This document shows, piece by piece, positions 36,909 to 49,518 of a DNA stretch of 64,000 nt (position 1 is its first letter; each line of letters opens with the position of its first letter). Source of the DNA: Podarcis melisellensis (Eukaryota); assembly GCA_964234715.1 (NCBI GenBank), contig OZ174279.1; one strand, 5' to 3'. The position numbers and the translations under genes are program-made. The notes under the pieces are model-generated. The model was not told the origin of the DNA. It did no database searches and worked only from the letters and a program-made list of their open reading frames with translations.

Positions 36909-39766
36909 AGTCCAATGCTGTAAAGAAAAATATTGCACAGGAACCTGGAATGTAAGAACCATGAACCTGGGTAAGTTGGAGGTGGTCAAAAATGAGATGG
37001 CAAGAATAAATATTGACATCCTGGGCATCAGTGAACTAAAATGGACGGGAATGGGTGAATTCAGTTCGGATGACCATCATATCTACTACTGTGGGCAAGA
37101 AACCCGTAAAAGAAATGGAGTGGCCCTCATAGTCAACAAAAGAGTGGCGAAAGCTGTACTGGGATGCAATCTCAAAAATGATAGAATGATCTCGATACGA
37201 ATCCAAGGCAGACCTTTTAACATCACAGTAATCCAAGTTTATGCACCAACTACTTGTGCTGAAGAAACTGAAATTGACCAATTCTATGAAGACTTACAAG
37301 ACCTTATAGAAGTGACACCAAAGAAGGATGTTCTTCTCATTATAGGGGATTGGAATGCTAAAGTAGGGAGTCAAGAGATAAAAGGAACAACTGGCAAGTT
37401 TGGCCTTGGAGATCAAAACGAAGCAGGGCAAAGGCTAATAGAGTTCTGTCAAGAGAACAAGCTGGTCATCACAAACACGCTTTTCCAACAACACAAGAGA
37501 CGACTCTACACATGGACATCACCAGATGGGCAGCATCGAAATCAGATTGATTATATTCTCTGCAGCCAAAGATGGAGAAGCTCTATACAGTCAGCAAAAA
37601 CAAGACCTGGAGCTGACTGTGGCTCAGATCATCAGCTTCTTATAGCAAAATTCAAGCTTAAACTGAAGAAAGTAGGAAAAACCACTGGGCCGGTAAGATA
37701 CAATCTAAGTCAAATCCCTTATGAATACACAGTGGAAGTGAGGAACAGGTTTAAGGATTTAGATTTGGTGGACAGAATGCCTGAAGAACTATGGATGGAG
37801 GCTCGCAACATTATACAGGAAGCAGCAACGAAAACCATCCCAATGAAAAGGAAACGCAAGAAAGCAAAGTGGCTGTCCAATGAGGCCTTACAAATAGCGG
37901 GGGAGAGAAGGCAAGCAAAATGCGAGGGAGATGGTGAAAGATACAGGAAATTGAATGCAGATTTCCAAAGAATAGCAAGGAGAGACAAGAAGACCTTCTT
38001 AAACGAACAGTGCAAAGAAATAGAGGAAAGCAATAGAATGGGAAGAACCAGAGATCTGTTCAAGAAAATTGGAGATATGAAAGGAACATTTCGTACAAAG
38101 ATTTCCATAATAAAGGACAAAAGTGGAAAGGACCTAACAGAAGCAGAAGACATCAAGAAGAGGTGGCAAGAATACACAGAGGAATTATACCAGAAAGAAA
38201 TGGATGTCTCGTATACCCCAGGTAGTGTGGTTGCTGACCTTGAGCCAGACATCCTGGAAAGTGAAGTCAAATGGGCCTTAGAAAGCACTGCAAATAACAA
38301 GGCCAGTGGAAGTGATGGTATTCCAGCTGAACTATTTAAAATTTTAAAAGATGATGCTATTAAGGTGCTACATTCAATATGCCAGCAAGTTTGGAAAACT
38401 CAGCAGTGGCCAGAAGATTGGAGAAGATCAGTCTACATCCCAATCCCAAAGAAGGGCAGTGCCAAAGAATGCTCCAACTACCGCACAATTGCACTCATTT
38501 CACACGCTAGCAAGGTTATGCTTAAAATTCTACACGGAAGGCTCAAGCAGTATGTGGACTGAGAACTCCCAGAAGTGCAAGCTGGATTTAGAAGAGGCAG
38601 AGGAACCAGAGACCAAATTGCAAACATGCGCTGGATTATGGAGAAAGCTAGAGAGTTCCAGAAAGACATCTACTTCTGCTTCATTGACTATGCAAAAGCC
38701 TTTGACTGTGTCAACCACGGCAAACTATGGCAAGTTCTTAAAGAAATGGGAGTGCCAGATCACCTCATCTGTCTCCTGAGAAATCTCTATGTGGGACAAG
38801 AAGCTACAGTTAGAACTGGATATGGAACAACTGATTGGTTCAAAATTGGGGAAGGAGTACGACAAGGCTGTATTTTGTCTCCCTGCTTATTTAACTTATA
38901 TGCAGCCTATCATGCGAAAGGCTGGGCTGGATGAATCCCTAGCCGGAATTAAGATTGCCGGAAGAAATATCAACAACCTCAGATATGCAGATGACACAAC
39001 CTTGATGGCAGAAAGTGAGGAGGAATTAAAGAACCTTTTAATGAGGGTGAAAGAGGAGAGTGCAAAATATGGTCTGAAGCTCAACATCAAAAAAACGAAG
39101 ATCATGGCCACTGGTCCCATCACCTCCTGGCAAATAGAAGGGGAAGAAATGGAGGTAGTGAGAGATTTTACTTTCTTGGGCTCAATGATCACTGCAGATG
39201 GTGACAGCAGCCACGAAATTAAAAGACGCCTGCTTCTTGGGAGAAGGGCAATGACAGGCCTAGACAGCATCTTGAGAAGTAGAGACATCACCTTGCCAAC
39301 AAAGGTTCGTATAGTTAAAGCTATGGTTTTCCCAGTAGTGATGTATGGAAGTGAGAGCTGGACCATAAAGAAGGCTGATCGCCGAAAAATTGATGCTTTT
39401 GAATTATGGTGCTGGAGGAGACTCTTGAGAGTCTCATGGACTGCAAGAAGATCAAACCTCTCCATTCTTAAGGAAATCAACCCTGAGTGCTCACTGGAAG
39501 GACAGATTGTGAAGCTGAGGCTCCAGTACTTTGGCCACCTCATGAGAAGAGAAGACTCCCTGGAGAAGACCCTGATGTTGGGAAAGATGGAGGGAACAAG
39601 GAGAAGGGGACGGCAGAGGACGAGATGGTTGGATAGTGTTTTCGAGGTTACCAGCATGAGTTTGACCAAACTGCGGGAGGCAGTGGAGGACAGAGGTGCC
39701 TGGCGTTCTCTGGTCCATGGGGTCACGAAGAGTCGGACACGACTAAACGACTAAACAACAACAACA
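36909..39766 (+). mobile_element. RTE-BovB LINE, near-complete endonuclease + reverse transcriptase ORF with one stop and one frameshift
   Basis: APE motifs GTWNVR, LGISE, GDWNAKVG, IDYIL, SDH; RT motifs FIDYAKAFD, GVRQGCILSP, YADD. In-frame TGA at 38560-38562 (likely CGA decay); ~2-nt deletion near 38906; (CAA)n tail. Confidence 0.96.
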
Positions 39767-42002
39767 GGCTTTATTCATGAGCCCCCTTCCAATTCCTAGA
39801 TCAAGCAGGGATTAGCATCCTGGTGAGGTTATGGCCCTCCAAGCATGGGCCATTAATGTAACAAAGGAAGTGTTGGGCCACTGCCTCCTTCAACTCGCTG
39901 GTAGTTAGAAAGACAAAGGCCAGAAGCTGGCAGGCTGGGCAGCTGGAAGACAAAGCTATGCCTGATTTCTGTTGGAATCTAAGGCCAGGGGCAGATGAAA
40001 TTATGAAGCTTAAGCTTCAGGGCCACTAATCCTTGCAGGGCCCCAGAAGTGACTTTGTTCCATGTTGCTTAAAATTTGGGGGCCTAGTAGACCCGGTTTG
40101 AGCCACACATCTCAAACTGATTATGTTTTTGTTGTATATATTTCAACAATCCCAAAGTTTGAGAGTCAGTAGCACAGATGTTGTAAAGGTGTGGTGATCT
40201 TCTGCAGAACAACCCCAGACCTTGTTGCTGGTTGCGATGGGGCCCCCATGACAGTTCAAGCTCCAGAGCCCCCAAAATGTAGGTCCACCAATGGCTGTGG
40301 CTATAGGAGACGCAAGACCCTCTTTGGATGTTAATGCTGTGAACCCTTCCACCGTAGGTTCAGGTATATATGTGTAAATAAACCATATATCACAAAGACA
40401 CCACAGTCTCTGCTCATTCCAAAGGAAACATGAACCCCGAGTAAGCACCTGGAACCCCTGGAATCTTGCACCGCTCAGAGATTGGGGTGGCCACAGAAAA
40501 GAAAAAGGTTGTTTTGAGGTTCAACACAATTCACAGCAACAGTGTGCTTCATTTTGTCTGTCCCAGTCAAGCTGTTGTGACGTGGTGAGTGTGCATAGTT
40601 GCATATGCCACATCTGGACTGTCTGCGAGATGCTAAGACTGTTGTTATCAGTAACCAGTCTTGATTATTGCACTGTTATACTTCTGCAATTGTTATAAGT
40701 ACGCTAAACGCTAAATGCATGCTACTGGCACAAGATTTATTATTATGAATTGGCTCTCCGGAGTCACCAAAATACTGACCCTTCACCTCTCAGTGCAGAA
40801 GGATACCATGGTCAATGGTACTGAAAGCTACTGAGAAGTCCAGGAAAATTAGCAGGACCACACACTTCCTCCCTCCCTCCCTCTCCTGGCGTTGGCCTTC
40901 CATCAGAACATCCAAGGCTCTTTCTATGCCAAACCCCATTTGAAATGGATCCACATAATTGCCTCTTTTCAACAAAGTAAAGGTTAGTCTTTTTAAGATT
41001 TCTGTTAAGCCAGCATTTTCTCTTTCTTTTTCTTCTGACTCCAATCTATTCTGCATGCTGGGATGAAATGCCTCTTTTTATTTGGGATGAAAATGTCAGC
41101 ATACGTAATTGCTCTGCTTTTGGCACTAAAGAGGATTTTACCATTTCTATGATTGCCCTACTATGCTCAGCAACACAGAAATACTTACAAAAGGCCGCCT
41201 TTGTGAGACATATACCACAGGAGCAAACACAAAGTGTGCTGTGTGGCTGCCCTACGTGATAAAAGTCCTGGGAATTTATAACAGGTGGACAGGACTGACA
41301 TAAACTCCTAGGAGCAGAGAAATTTGCTTCATCCAAACATGTGCAGAGACCCTGTTTTCCTGCTTTAAACACTGCATGTAGCCTCAGATAACCCAGATCG
41401 TGATGGGCTGAGCAGCATATGGAAATCATAGCTAGCAAAAATTAATCCAGCATGTGGCTGGCATGTCCCGCATCATTGTAGGCAGATGCGACAAGGGGAA
41501 GTAGTGTGATCTAGTTATCCTGGCAATCATTCTGCAGAATTTGTATCACTCAAGAATTTCATTTGCATGTTCTGGGTGGGTTGGATGCTATGCGCTTTTA
41601 TTTATTTGTTTCTTCCCCACTCCCGATCCATTTTCTTTTTTTGTTGTGTCTGTTAGATTGCAAACCCATCTCATTACGGAAGTCAAAGGCTGCTCTGGGA
41701 GCCTTCTGAGTCGGAGAGTGGGACAAAACTTTAAAGAAGTAATCACTGGAGACATGGGAGCGGGACATCCTCCTGAGGGTGGTATTCAAGCAGCAATGGG
41801 GAATATGAAACCCAAGCTGCTAAGGGTCAGGACCACGGATAGCACCCTGTGAAGCAAGGTACAGAAATAGGCTGCTGGAGACTCACAGATGGGAGCACTT
41901 CTTCAGCACAAGTTTGGGGCTGATTGATGGTTTATATCAGTGTTTCCTAACCTTTTTCTGACCATGGCCCCCTTCTGACCTTGTTTCCTTTCTGTGCCAC
42001 CC

Positions 42003-42135
42003 GATGGGCGTAGCCAGGGGGGCAGGGGGCAACTGCCCTCCAATAAGTAAAAACCAGTAAAAACCAATACAAATCTGAGGTTCTGCCCCCCCAACAAAAG
42101 CCTGCCCCCTAACAAGAATCCTGGCTATGCCCATG
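42003..42135. mobile_element. Short MITE
   Basis: TIR ATGGGCGTAGCCAGG / CCTGGCTATGCCCAT. Confidence 0.65.
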
Positions 42136-43033
42136 CCCCCCCTCCTACCAGTAGAAAGGTAGCTGTTTAAATTTTTTGTTTCTAAATAGAACATGTTTTA
42201 TTAAGAATTTTTAAAATAATTTATACAAAATACAATTACATAAAATGATAGGAACGTAATGAAATATTGTTGAAGCAGAAAAACATAGAATCATGGAGGT
42301 GAAGCGTCATATTTCTAGTGCAACTCCCCTAGAAACCTAGCTAAAGCATCCATGACAGATGGCCATCCAACCTCTGCTTAGAAACCTTCAAGGAAGGAGA
42401 GTCCTCCCAAGGGAGATCCATCTTCCATAGGTTATGAAAAGTAAACAACACTTATTTGACCCCAGTTATTTGACACAGAGGGGGAAACCTGCAGATACAA
42501 CCCAAAAGGCACACAGGACGTTCTGTATATATGGGAGAATTTTAAAAAGCAAGTGGTCCTCACTGACCTGGTGCAGAAAGATTTTGTCATCTGGAGGAGC
42601 CCTGGCTGCCTAGATAAAACACTATAGCTCCACATACCCTTACCTGGGAGTAAGGCCCACTGAACTCAATCCGGCTTTCTTCTGAGTAGACATCCTGTGG
42701 TGCTGAAGCCAAAGCATTCACCACAGATGGATCTAGGGCCAATTTGCACATGCAAACAACCGCCATGGCAGATGGTGTGTGCATGAATGCTTTCATACGT
42801 GCCAAGGTCCTGTTCACATAATCATATGATTAAATTTGGGGAAGATAGGCTTAGCTTATGCTTTATGCTGTGTGCACACATAGGGCTTCGTGTGGAATGC
42901 CACGCTTACATGATGCCATATGTGCACAATGAGGAAAAGGGCACATGGCTACTGCCATCGTCTTGAACGGATAGTCCTTGGCTAGATAAGTGTGTGGACA
43001 GAACCCCTGACTTTGGAACTCTTTCCTGTGGAG

Positions 43034-43587
43034 CAGGGCCAGATTTTGGTTTGATGAGGCCCTAAGCTACTGAAGGTAATGGGGCCCTTTATATGTCCCG
43101 CTGTCCTTTGTCAACAACAAATTGTCATTGTTTTTTGTGTTGTATATATGCTATAAGGTAAGTTATGGACCTAATAGGTATCTAAAGCCATTTGCACGTA
43201 ACAAAATATGTATTTTATCAAAGTAACTGTTGAACTGAAATACAAGAAGAAGTAGATTAATAGCGAAATACAATTAAGAAGAAGTATATTTTTGGAGGGC
43301 TCCCAAGGGGTGGGGCCCTAAGCTATATCTTGTTTGGCTTACAGTGGTACCTCGGGTTAAGTACTTAATTCGTTCCGGAGGTCCGTACTTAACCTGAAAC
43401 TGTTCTTAACCTGAAGCACCACTTTAGCTAATGGGGCCTCCTGCTACCGCCGTGCCACTGGAGCACGATTTCTGTTCTCATCCTGAAGCAAAGTTCTTAA
43501 CCTGAAGCACTATTTCTGGGTTAGCAGAGTCTGTAACCTGAAGTGTATGTAACCTGAGGTACCACTGTATATATAAATCCGGCACTG
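43034..43587. mobile_element. hAT-type non-autonomous element
   Basis: TIR CAGGGCCAGATTT / AAATCCGGCACTG; TSD CTGTGGAG / CTGTGGAA. Confidence 0.85.
43342..43567. mobile_element. MITE family A, copy 5 (nested in a hAT MITE)
   Basis: Same TIR; TA TSD. Confidence 0.9.
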
Positions 43588-44735
43588 CTGTGGAAGCTTA
43601 TCAGAAGTTGGCTTTTCTATCCAGCTTAGGCTACTAGGTGTGCTTTCACTTTCCTCTGTTCCAAACTCGAGTCAATCATTAAGTTTATGGTTGTTGTTTT
43701 TTCTTAATCATGCCTATGTACACAAATGCCTTTTGCTATTGTGTGCTTTTGAGACACTAAAACGACTACTGCTAAATAGCCTTTAAAACAATTCATGGGG
43801 AAATTGCATTTCCTCTTTATGCTGTCAAAACGTTCAGCGCTTCGGATCAGGCGGCATTCTAATTTGGAGCATGCCAGATAGAGAAAATAATACTTACATC
43901 GAGTCAGATGCCTTTTACAACACCTTTCAGTGCTGGACTAGATGGTCCCGTAATCCGATTTAGCAGGGCTCTTCCTGTGTTCTTAGACACAGATTTAGGG
44001 TCCTGCATTTATTTTTCTTACATGAATTTAAGAGAGCACAACAGATTGCAGTACTGATGACTGCAAAACTATTACCTGAAAGTATTCTGAAGTATGCACA
44101 CTATGTGCAGATGTCTCCATCCAGGCCCCTAGAGAAATTGATACATAGAAAAATGACCTCGTCTCAAATCCATAAAAAGATATTTTGATTTCCCATTCCT
44201 ACACACTGAGTCAGAATTTGTTTAAATCAGCAAAACCTTTATTCCGCATTTAAATTGTCAAGACGTTGAAATGTATTTTGACAGTGCCAGAGAAGTGAGT
44301 TTTATTGCCGCCTCCTTCTGCTGCAAAGTGACGGAGATTTATTTGTGCAAAACGCAGAGATGGCAGCACAGGAGACAGCAGCTGCAACATCTCTCCTGGA
44401 AGTCAAACAAGAGCTGCATTTGATAAACAGTTCATGGTGGGAATCAATATCAAGCTAAAATATGACACAGCTTCAGAACTTACTTAAGACTTTCATTTTT
44501 TAAAAAATGATAAATATTTAGACAACGTATCTCCAGCACAGAGTTTTTGTTGTTTTCAGCTCATAATGGCAAGAATTTACATAACTTTAAAAGGAATTGT
44601 AGAGATTACGTTGTTTGTTGTCAGAAAAAGGGAAAGAGGGATAGGACAAACAAAGGAGGAAATGAAGTAAGAACGAGACAGAGGACAAACTGGGTCACCT
44701 TCACATAGAGTGGGGGGCATTCTGTGGAATGATAA

Positions 44736-44978
44736 GAGAGCCAGTGTGGTGTAGTGGTTAAGAGCTGTAGTCTCGTAATCTGGGAAACCGGGTTCGCGTC
44801 TCCGCTCCTCCACATGCAGCTGCTGGGTGACCTTGGGCCAGTCACACTTCCTTGAAGTCTCTCAGCCCCACTCACCTCACAGAGTGTTTGTTGTGGGGGA
44901 GGAAGGGAAAGGAGATTGTTAGCCGCTTTGAGACTCCTGAAGGGGAGTGAAAGGCAGGATATCAAATCCAAACTCTTT
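44736..44978 (+). mobile_element. tRNA-derived SINE (MIR/Squam3-like)
   Basis: A box TGGTGTAGTGG, B box GGTTCGCGTC, CORE-like GTGACCTTGGGCCAGTCAC, L2-like tail. Confidence 0.75.
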
Positions 44979-45244
44979 TAAGACTCCCACCTGAGACTAG
45001 ACAAAACCTTGGCATTTAAGAACATTATGCTAGCACCTATAAGGAAGTATATTGCAAAGGACACTAGTTATCTGTCTATTGCTAGCAACCGGGAAGCAGT
45101 TGCACTGAAAGAAGGGATGAAGCATGATAGTTTCTCAAGTTGCTACCTCCAGAGAATCTCTTCCACATTGAGGTGAATTACCAAACAATCCCATAACTGT
45201 CAGGTTTGGTTGGGGAGAAGCCTTTGCTACACCAGTGGAACCAC

Positions 45245-45800
45245 TTCCAAATCCTATACAAGACAGTTTGAGCATATTACGTTGATCCTGGTCTGACTGC
45301 ACTGGCTACCAAATAGTTTCCGGGCCCAATTCCAAGTGCTAGTTCTGACCTATAAAGCCTTAAAGGCTCAGGACTGCAATACCTCAAGGACCACCTCATT
45401 CCATATAAACCTACCCAGACCTTGAGATCACCTTCTGAGGCCCTCCTTCATGTGCCTCTTCCTTGAGAGGTCTGGAGGGTGGCAACATGAGAGTGGGCCT
45501 TTTCTGCAGTGGCTCCCCATCTGTGGAATGCTCTCCCCAGGGAAGTTCGCCTGGCGCCTTCATTATACACCTTTGGGTGCCAGGCAAAAACATTCCTTTT
45601 TAACCAGGCATTTGGTTGATTTGATTGACATCCTATGCCCTTTTAAAATGTGGCTCTTTTTGGGGGGGGTGTTATTGGGTTGTGGTTTTTATTTTGGTTA
45701 TATATATTGTGGATTTATATGTTGATCTTGTTCTGTGAACTGCCCTGAGACCTCCGGGTATAGGGCAGTATATAAATTCTAATTCCAATTCCAATTCCAA
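45245..45800 (+). mobile_element. L2 LINE 3' fragment (second subfamily)
   Basis: LHWLP...FQVLVLTYKAL and AFSAVAP.LWNALP-type coding remnants; related copies at ~60160-60510 (-) and ~31330-31440 (-). Confidence 0.75.
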
Positions 45801-45885
45801 AATATACAAGCTCAATCCAAGAGGTGGAAAATAAACAAGAAGAAAACCCAAACTTAGTGAAGGGGAAATGACAGACATGTCCCAA

Positions 45886-46099
45886 CAAAAAAAATTTCTT
45901 CCAGTAGCACCTTAAAGACCAACTAAGTTAGTTCTTGGTATGAGCTTTCGTGTGCATGCACACTTCTTCAGATACACCATGTGCATGCACACGAAAGCTC
46001 ATACTAAGAACTAACTTAGTTGGTCTTTAAGGTGCTACTGGAAGAATTTTTGTTTTGTTTTGACTATGGCAGACCAACACGGCTACCTATCTGTAACTG
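45886..46099. mobile_element. Penelope-like element remnant with inverted (fold-back) structure and hammerhead motif
   Basis: ~70-bp near-perfect inverted arms; 13-bp TSD AGACATGTCCCAA (45873-45885, 46100-46112); same family as 16868-17010. Confidence 0.8.
45936..45979 (-). ncRNA. Minimal type-I hammerhead ribozyme motif
   Basis: Minus strand GUAU-CUGAAGA-A-GUGUG(CAUG)CACAC-GAA-AGCU-C^AUAC: conserved core, helix II, palindromic AGCU in place of helix III, helix I GUAU/AUAC. Confidence 0.7.
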
Positions 46100-49000
46100 A
46101 GACATGTCCCAAGTTTGCTTGAAAATGCCTCCCTTAGTCACCAGTCAAGGACTGTGCCAGCAACAAGGCCCACACACTGCCTGCAAGGGAAGCCAATGAG
46201 CTCACCATAATGGGGGACCCTCCTTCTGCATCACAACACACATGACACCTGAGATGATGTCCCTCCGGCAGCCTCCTGCTGCTGCCAGCCCTCAGGCATC
46301 CTTGCAATCTGACTCCCCTTCTGCTCCTTCATCCTAAGCATGGCTTCTCTGCACAAAACACAAAGGGAAGGGAAGCCCACAGTACCTACAGGAAGCCTGC
46401 ACAGCCTCCTGGGGGCTTAGGGTTCAAGACCCATCCTGAGAGAGAAAAGGCTCCTTTTCAACAAGAAGCCAAGTGAAAGAGGCTAGGTCTTTAGGGGTGC
46501 TTGTCCTGTTAGGGCCAATTCAGACATGCATGTTTGTGGTGGGTCATGTACTTGTCATGTGGCATGCTGTTAATCTGAATGCATCCCATGCAGGGAAAGA
46601 TCTAGAAGAAGATAGTGCCTTCTATTCATCAGAACTGAGAGATTACGAGGCTGGGCAGCCATTTTCTTCTTGAACTTAGAATTATTCATAGAAGGGTCCT
46701 CTGGCCCAACCCCCTAGAAATCTACCTTTCCATATTTGTTTTAAAGAAAGACGAGCAGGGTAGGAATGGGGCAAAACATTTATTTCCGTTTCGATTCTGA
46801 GTAGCAATTGGACATTATTCTTTTTGCCTTATTGAGGTATGTCGCCATGAAGCTGAAAGGAGCCAAGATTCCTAGTGGCTTCCTCCAAACTCTTGATGCT
46901 ATTTTAGTTATTATGGTTGACATAGCTCGATTTGATGTAGGAGAAAACTGGAGACGCCAATGCCTTCTCTATGGGGAGTGTTGCTTGGCACAGGATGGAG
47001 AACAGCTTTTGGGGGGATAACTTGGCAGTATTCCACACTTTTAAGAGTCTTCAGTCCCTTTCTCCAGCATGGTAAGATGCAGCTGGGTTTATTCGCTGTG
47101 AGCCAGGAGAAGCATTTGGTAAACTTGCTGGAACATTAACAGATTATTCTGCTTCAGAAGCTTTGTGAAACTTGAGGTCTGCAATGGTCCGATTACATTT
47201 TTGGAGGCGGAGGCAGCAGAGAGTTGCCTCCTGGGAAGGAGCAAAGTGGATTTTAAATATCTTCAGCATTCAAGGATTTTCTTTTAAACAAAATGCAGCT
47301 GTAGAGAGAAGGGCACCGTGAGGACAGCTCCCCTTCATTTTGACGAGGCTCACGCAAAGCAAACGTCTCAAAGGAGTTAAGGCAGATGGATTCAGAGCAG
47401 CTTGGCGGGTTGCAGCCGAGATCTGCAGAAAGATTCTGCACCAAATTTTACTAATGTACATGTGCTCCTGGAGAGAAGTTATTTTACCAGGGAAAACGGG
47501 GAGAGGCTATAACAGCTATAAGGTCCTAAATGTGGATGTCAGTACCTCATACTTCACATGAGGCTTAAGCTATTATGCAGTAGTTGAGATGGTAGAGTAT
47601 GCCCTTATCTTTCTAGTTATAAGGAATCACACATTTTCATCATGACCAGGTATGACATGTGCATCTTTGATTAGTCTTATTCTTAGGAGTCCAAACCGCT
47701 GAAATAAAAAAAGGGGGTATCTGGGGAGTGGGTGAGAAAGACAGCCTTTCTTCTCACTTTCCTTCCTTCAACTGGCCTGAAAGTAGAGCAATATACACAC
47801 ACACAGTAACAGCCAATCTGTTTTCCTTCCTCATCCAACAGCCATAGACATCTTGGTCTGTGCTGGATCACCAAGTGCTCCTGTGTGAAAACAGCTCAGC
47901 TAGGAACGTCCGTACAGGTGGCTGCTGAAAGCCTGTCTTGGGATTACGATGCAAGCAGAGAAAGATGCATTTTCAGCTTTGCCAGAGAGAGACCCTGTCT
48001 GCCTTGCAAAGAGGCTCCTCCTGCTGGCTTTGTAGGCTCTTGGGGGACTGAAGCGATGCTCTTCTGAGGCTGGCACTGTCTCTGCCTGTGAGCATCCTTG
48101 CTACCCATCGATTCAGCCTGTACATTGATAAAGAAACAGAATCAGTCTGTCCTCCCAGGAAACTAGCTATGCTGTAGGGCAATCCCAACCACGTATTAGC
48201 TAATTGTTGGTTATTTATTATTGTATTTTTACTGCACTTGTAGGGTTTTGTGCCTCAGGTACTAAAATAATTTGACCTGTCTTGGGTATCATGCACCTTC
48301 ACTGGGTGGCCTGGAGGGCAACATTTGCTGTTCCACTTCTGGCAGTAGAGTCTGCTGGCTGGTCATGTCATGCTGGGATTCCCTGAAACATATTCCTGTA
48401 TTGTCCACATGGGGAGCATAAAATCCTAACCTGCTTGTCAAGTGGACTTAATAATAATTATTATTTTAGTTAGTGTCAGGAGCAGGTGCCAAGAGCAGCT
48501 CAGCAATAAATCACACAATGTTGTGCAGCTAACTCTTTATTCAAGAAAAAAAGGTCGCCTCAAGAGGCCAGGCCTATTGAAACCGATAGGACTTGCTTCT
48601 GTAGGATGGAGCTGAATTTTTTTGAAAATCTAAAGGTTTCCCCAGCCAAGCTCACATGGATGCAGTGCTGCTGACAGAAAGAACAGTCGTTTTACCTCTC
48701 TAGGTTTGGAGTGAAATATACTGTTTTTCTTTTGGCCAGGCTGGGTAGGAGGAGAACGTGAGTTGTGGTCAGCATCTGCTTCCGCAACCCGCCTCGTACA
48801 TATCTCTTCCGGCTCACTCCGACGTCGTAAGAACCACTGCTGTCCAGGGCAAGGCAGGAGGGGAAACCTGAATCGGCAGCCCATCAAATTTCAAAGTGGT
48901 AGGTGGTAAGCTTCCTTGAACTCTCATAGCGCAGATAAAAATGAGAGCAGCTAAAAATGGGGAATTGGAGAAGAAGGCCCTGAACAGATCCATTTATATG

Positions 49001-49334
49001 AAGTGCTAGAAACACATGGCTCAATGCAGATTGCCAAATGTAGTGCAAGGCTCCCGAGGCTGTGAAATCCCACACCTCATTCTAACCGGAGTATGCCATC
49101 CGCTTTACGGCGACGAGGAATATTTCATTTAAGTGTCTTCCCTCTGTGCAACAATGTAGGAGGCACAGGCTGGCTCCCCACGCACCCATGTACTTCTGTC
49201 TCTTTTCCCCTTTCAGAAACAGTTCCCATCTCTCTCTCTCTTGCACCCTTCAAAATCCTATCCAATTTTCAGAAAGAAGCACTCCAGAAATTAGAGGGCT
49301 TACTGTCTACGCACAGCTTAAAAAGGAAGACAGC

Positions 49335-49518
49335 AAACTACCTTATACCAAGTCAGAATCATTGGTCCATCTAGTTCAGTATTGTCTACAGTGAGTGGCA
49401 GCAGCTCTGTGGGGTTTCAGGGAGGGAGTCATTCCTGGCCCTATCTGGCGATGCTGGGAACTGAAGTTTGGACCTTCTGCAAGCAAGGCAGATGTTCTGT
49501 CTCTGAGCTATGGCCTTT
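49335..49518 (-). mobile_element. Degenerate tRNA-derived SINE
   Basis: Minus-strand head GGCCATAGCTCAG...GCAGAAGGTCC...; similar degenerate copy at ~19480-19630. Confidence 0.5.

Noticed and set aside
37719-39726. Long antisense ORFs (193 and 276 aa)
   Set aside because: Shadows of the BovB coding strand.
40295-40495. LTR-like segment with TATA-like and AATAAA motifs (also ~48474-48890)
   Set aside because: Could not define both termini or a TSD.
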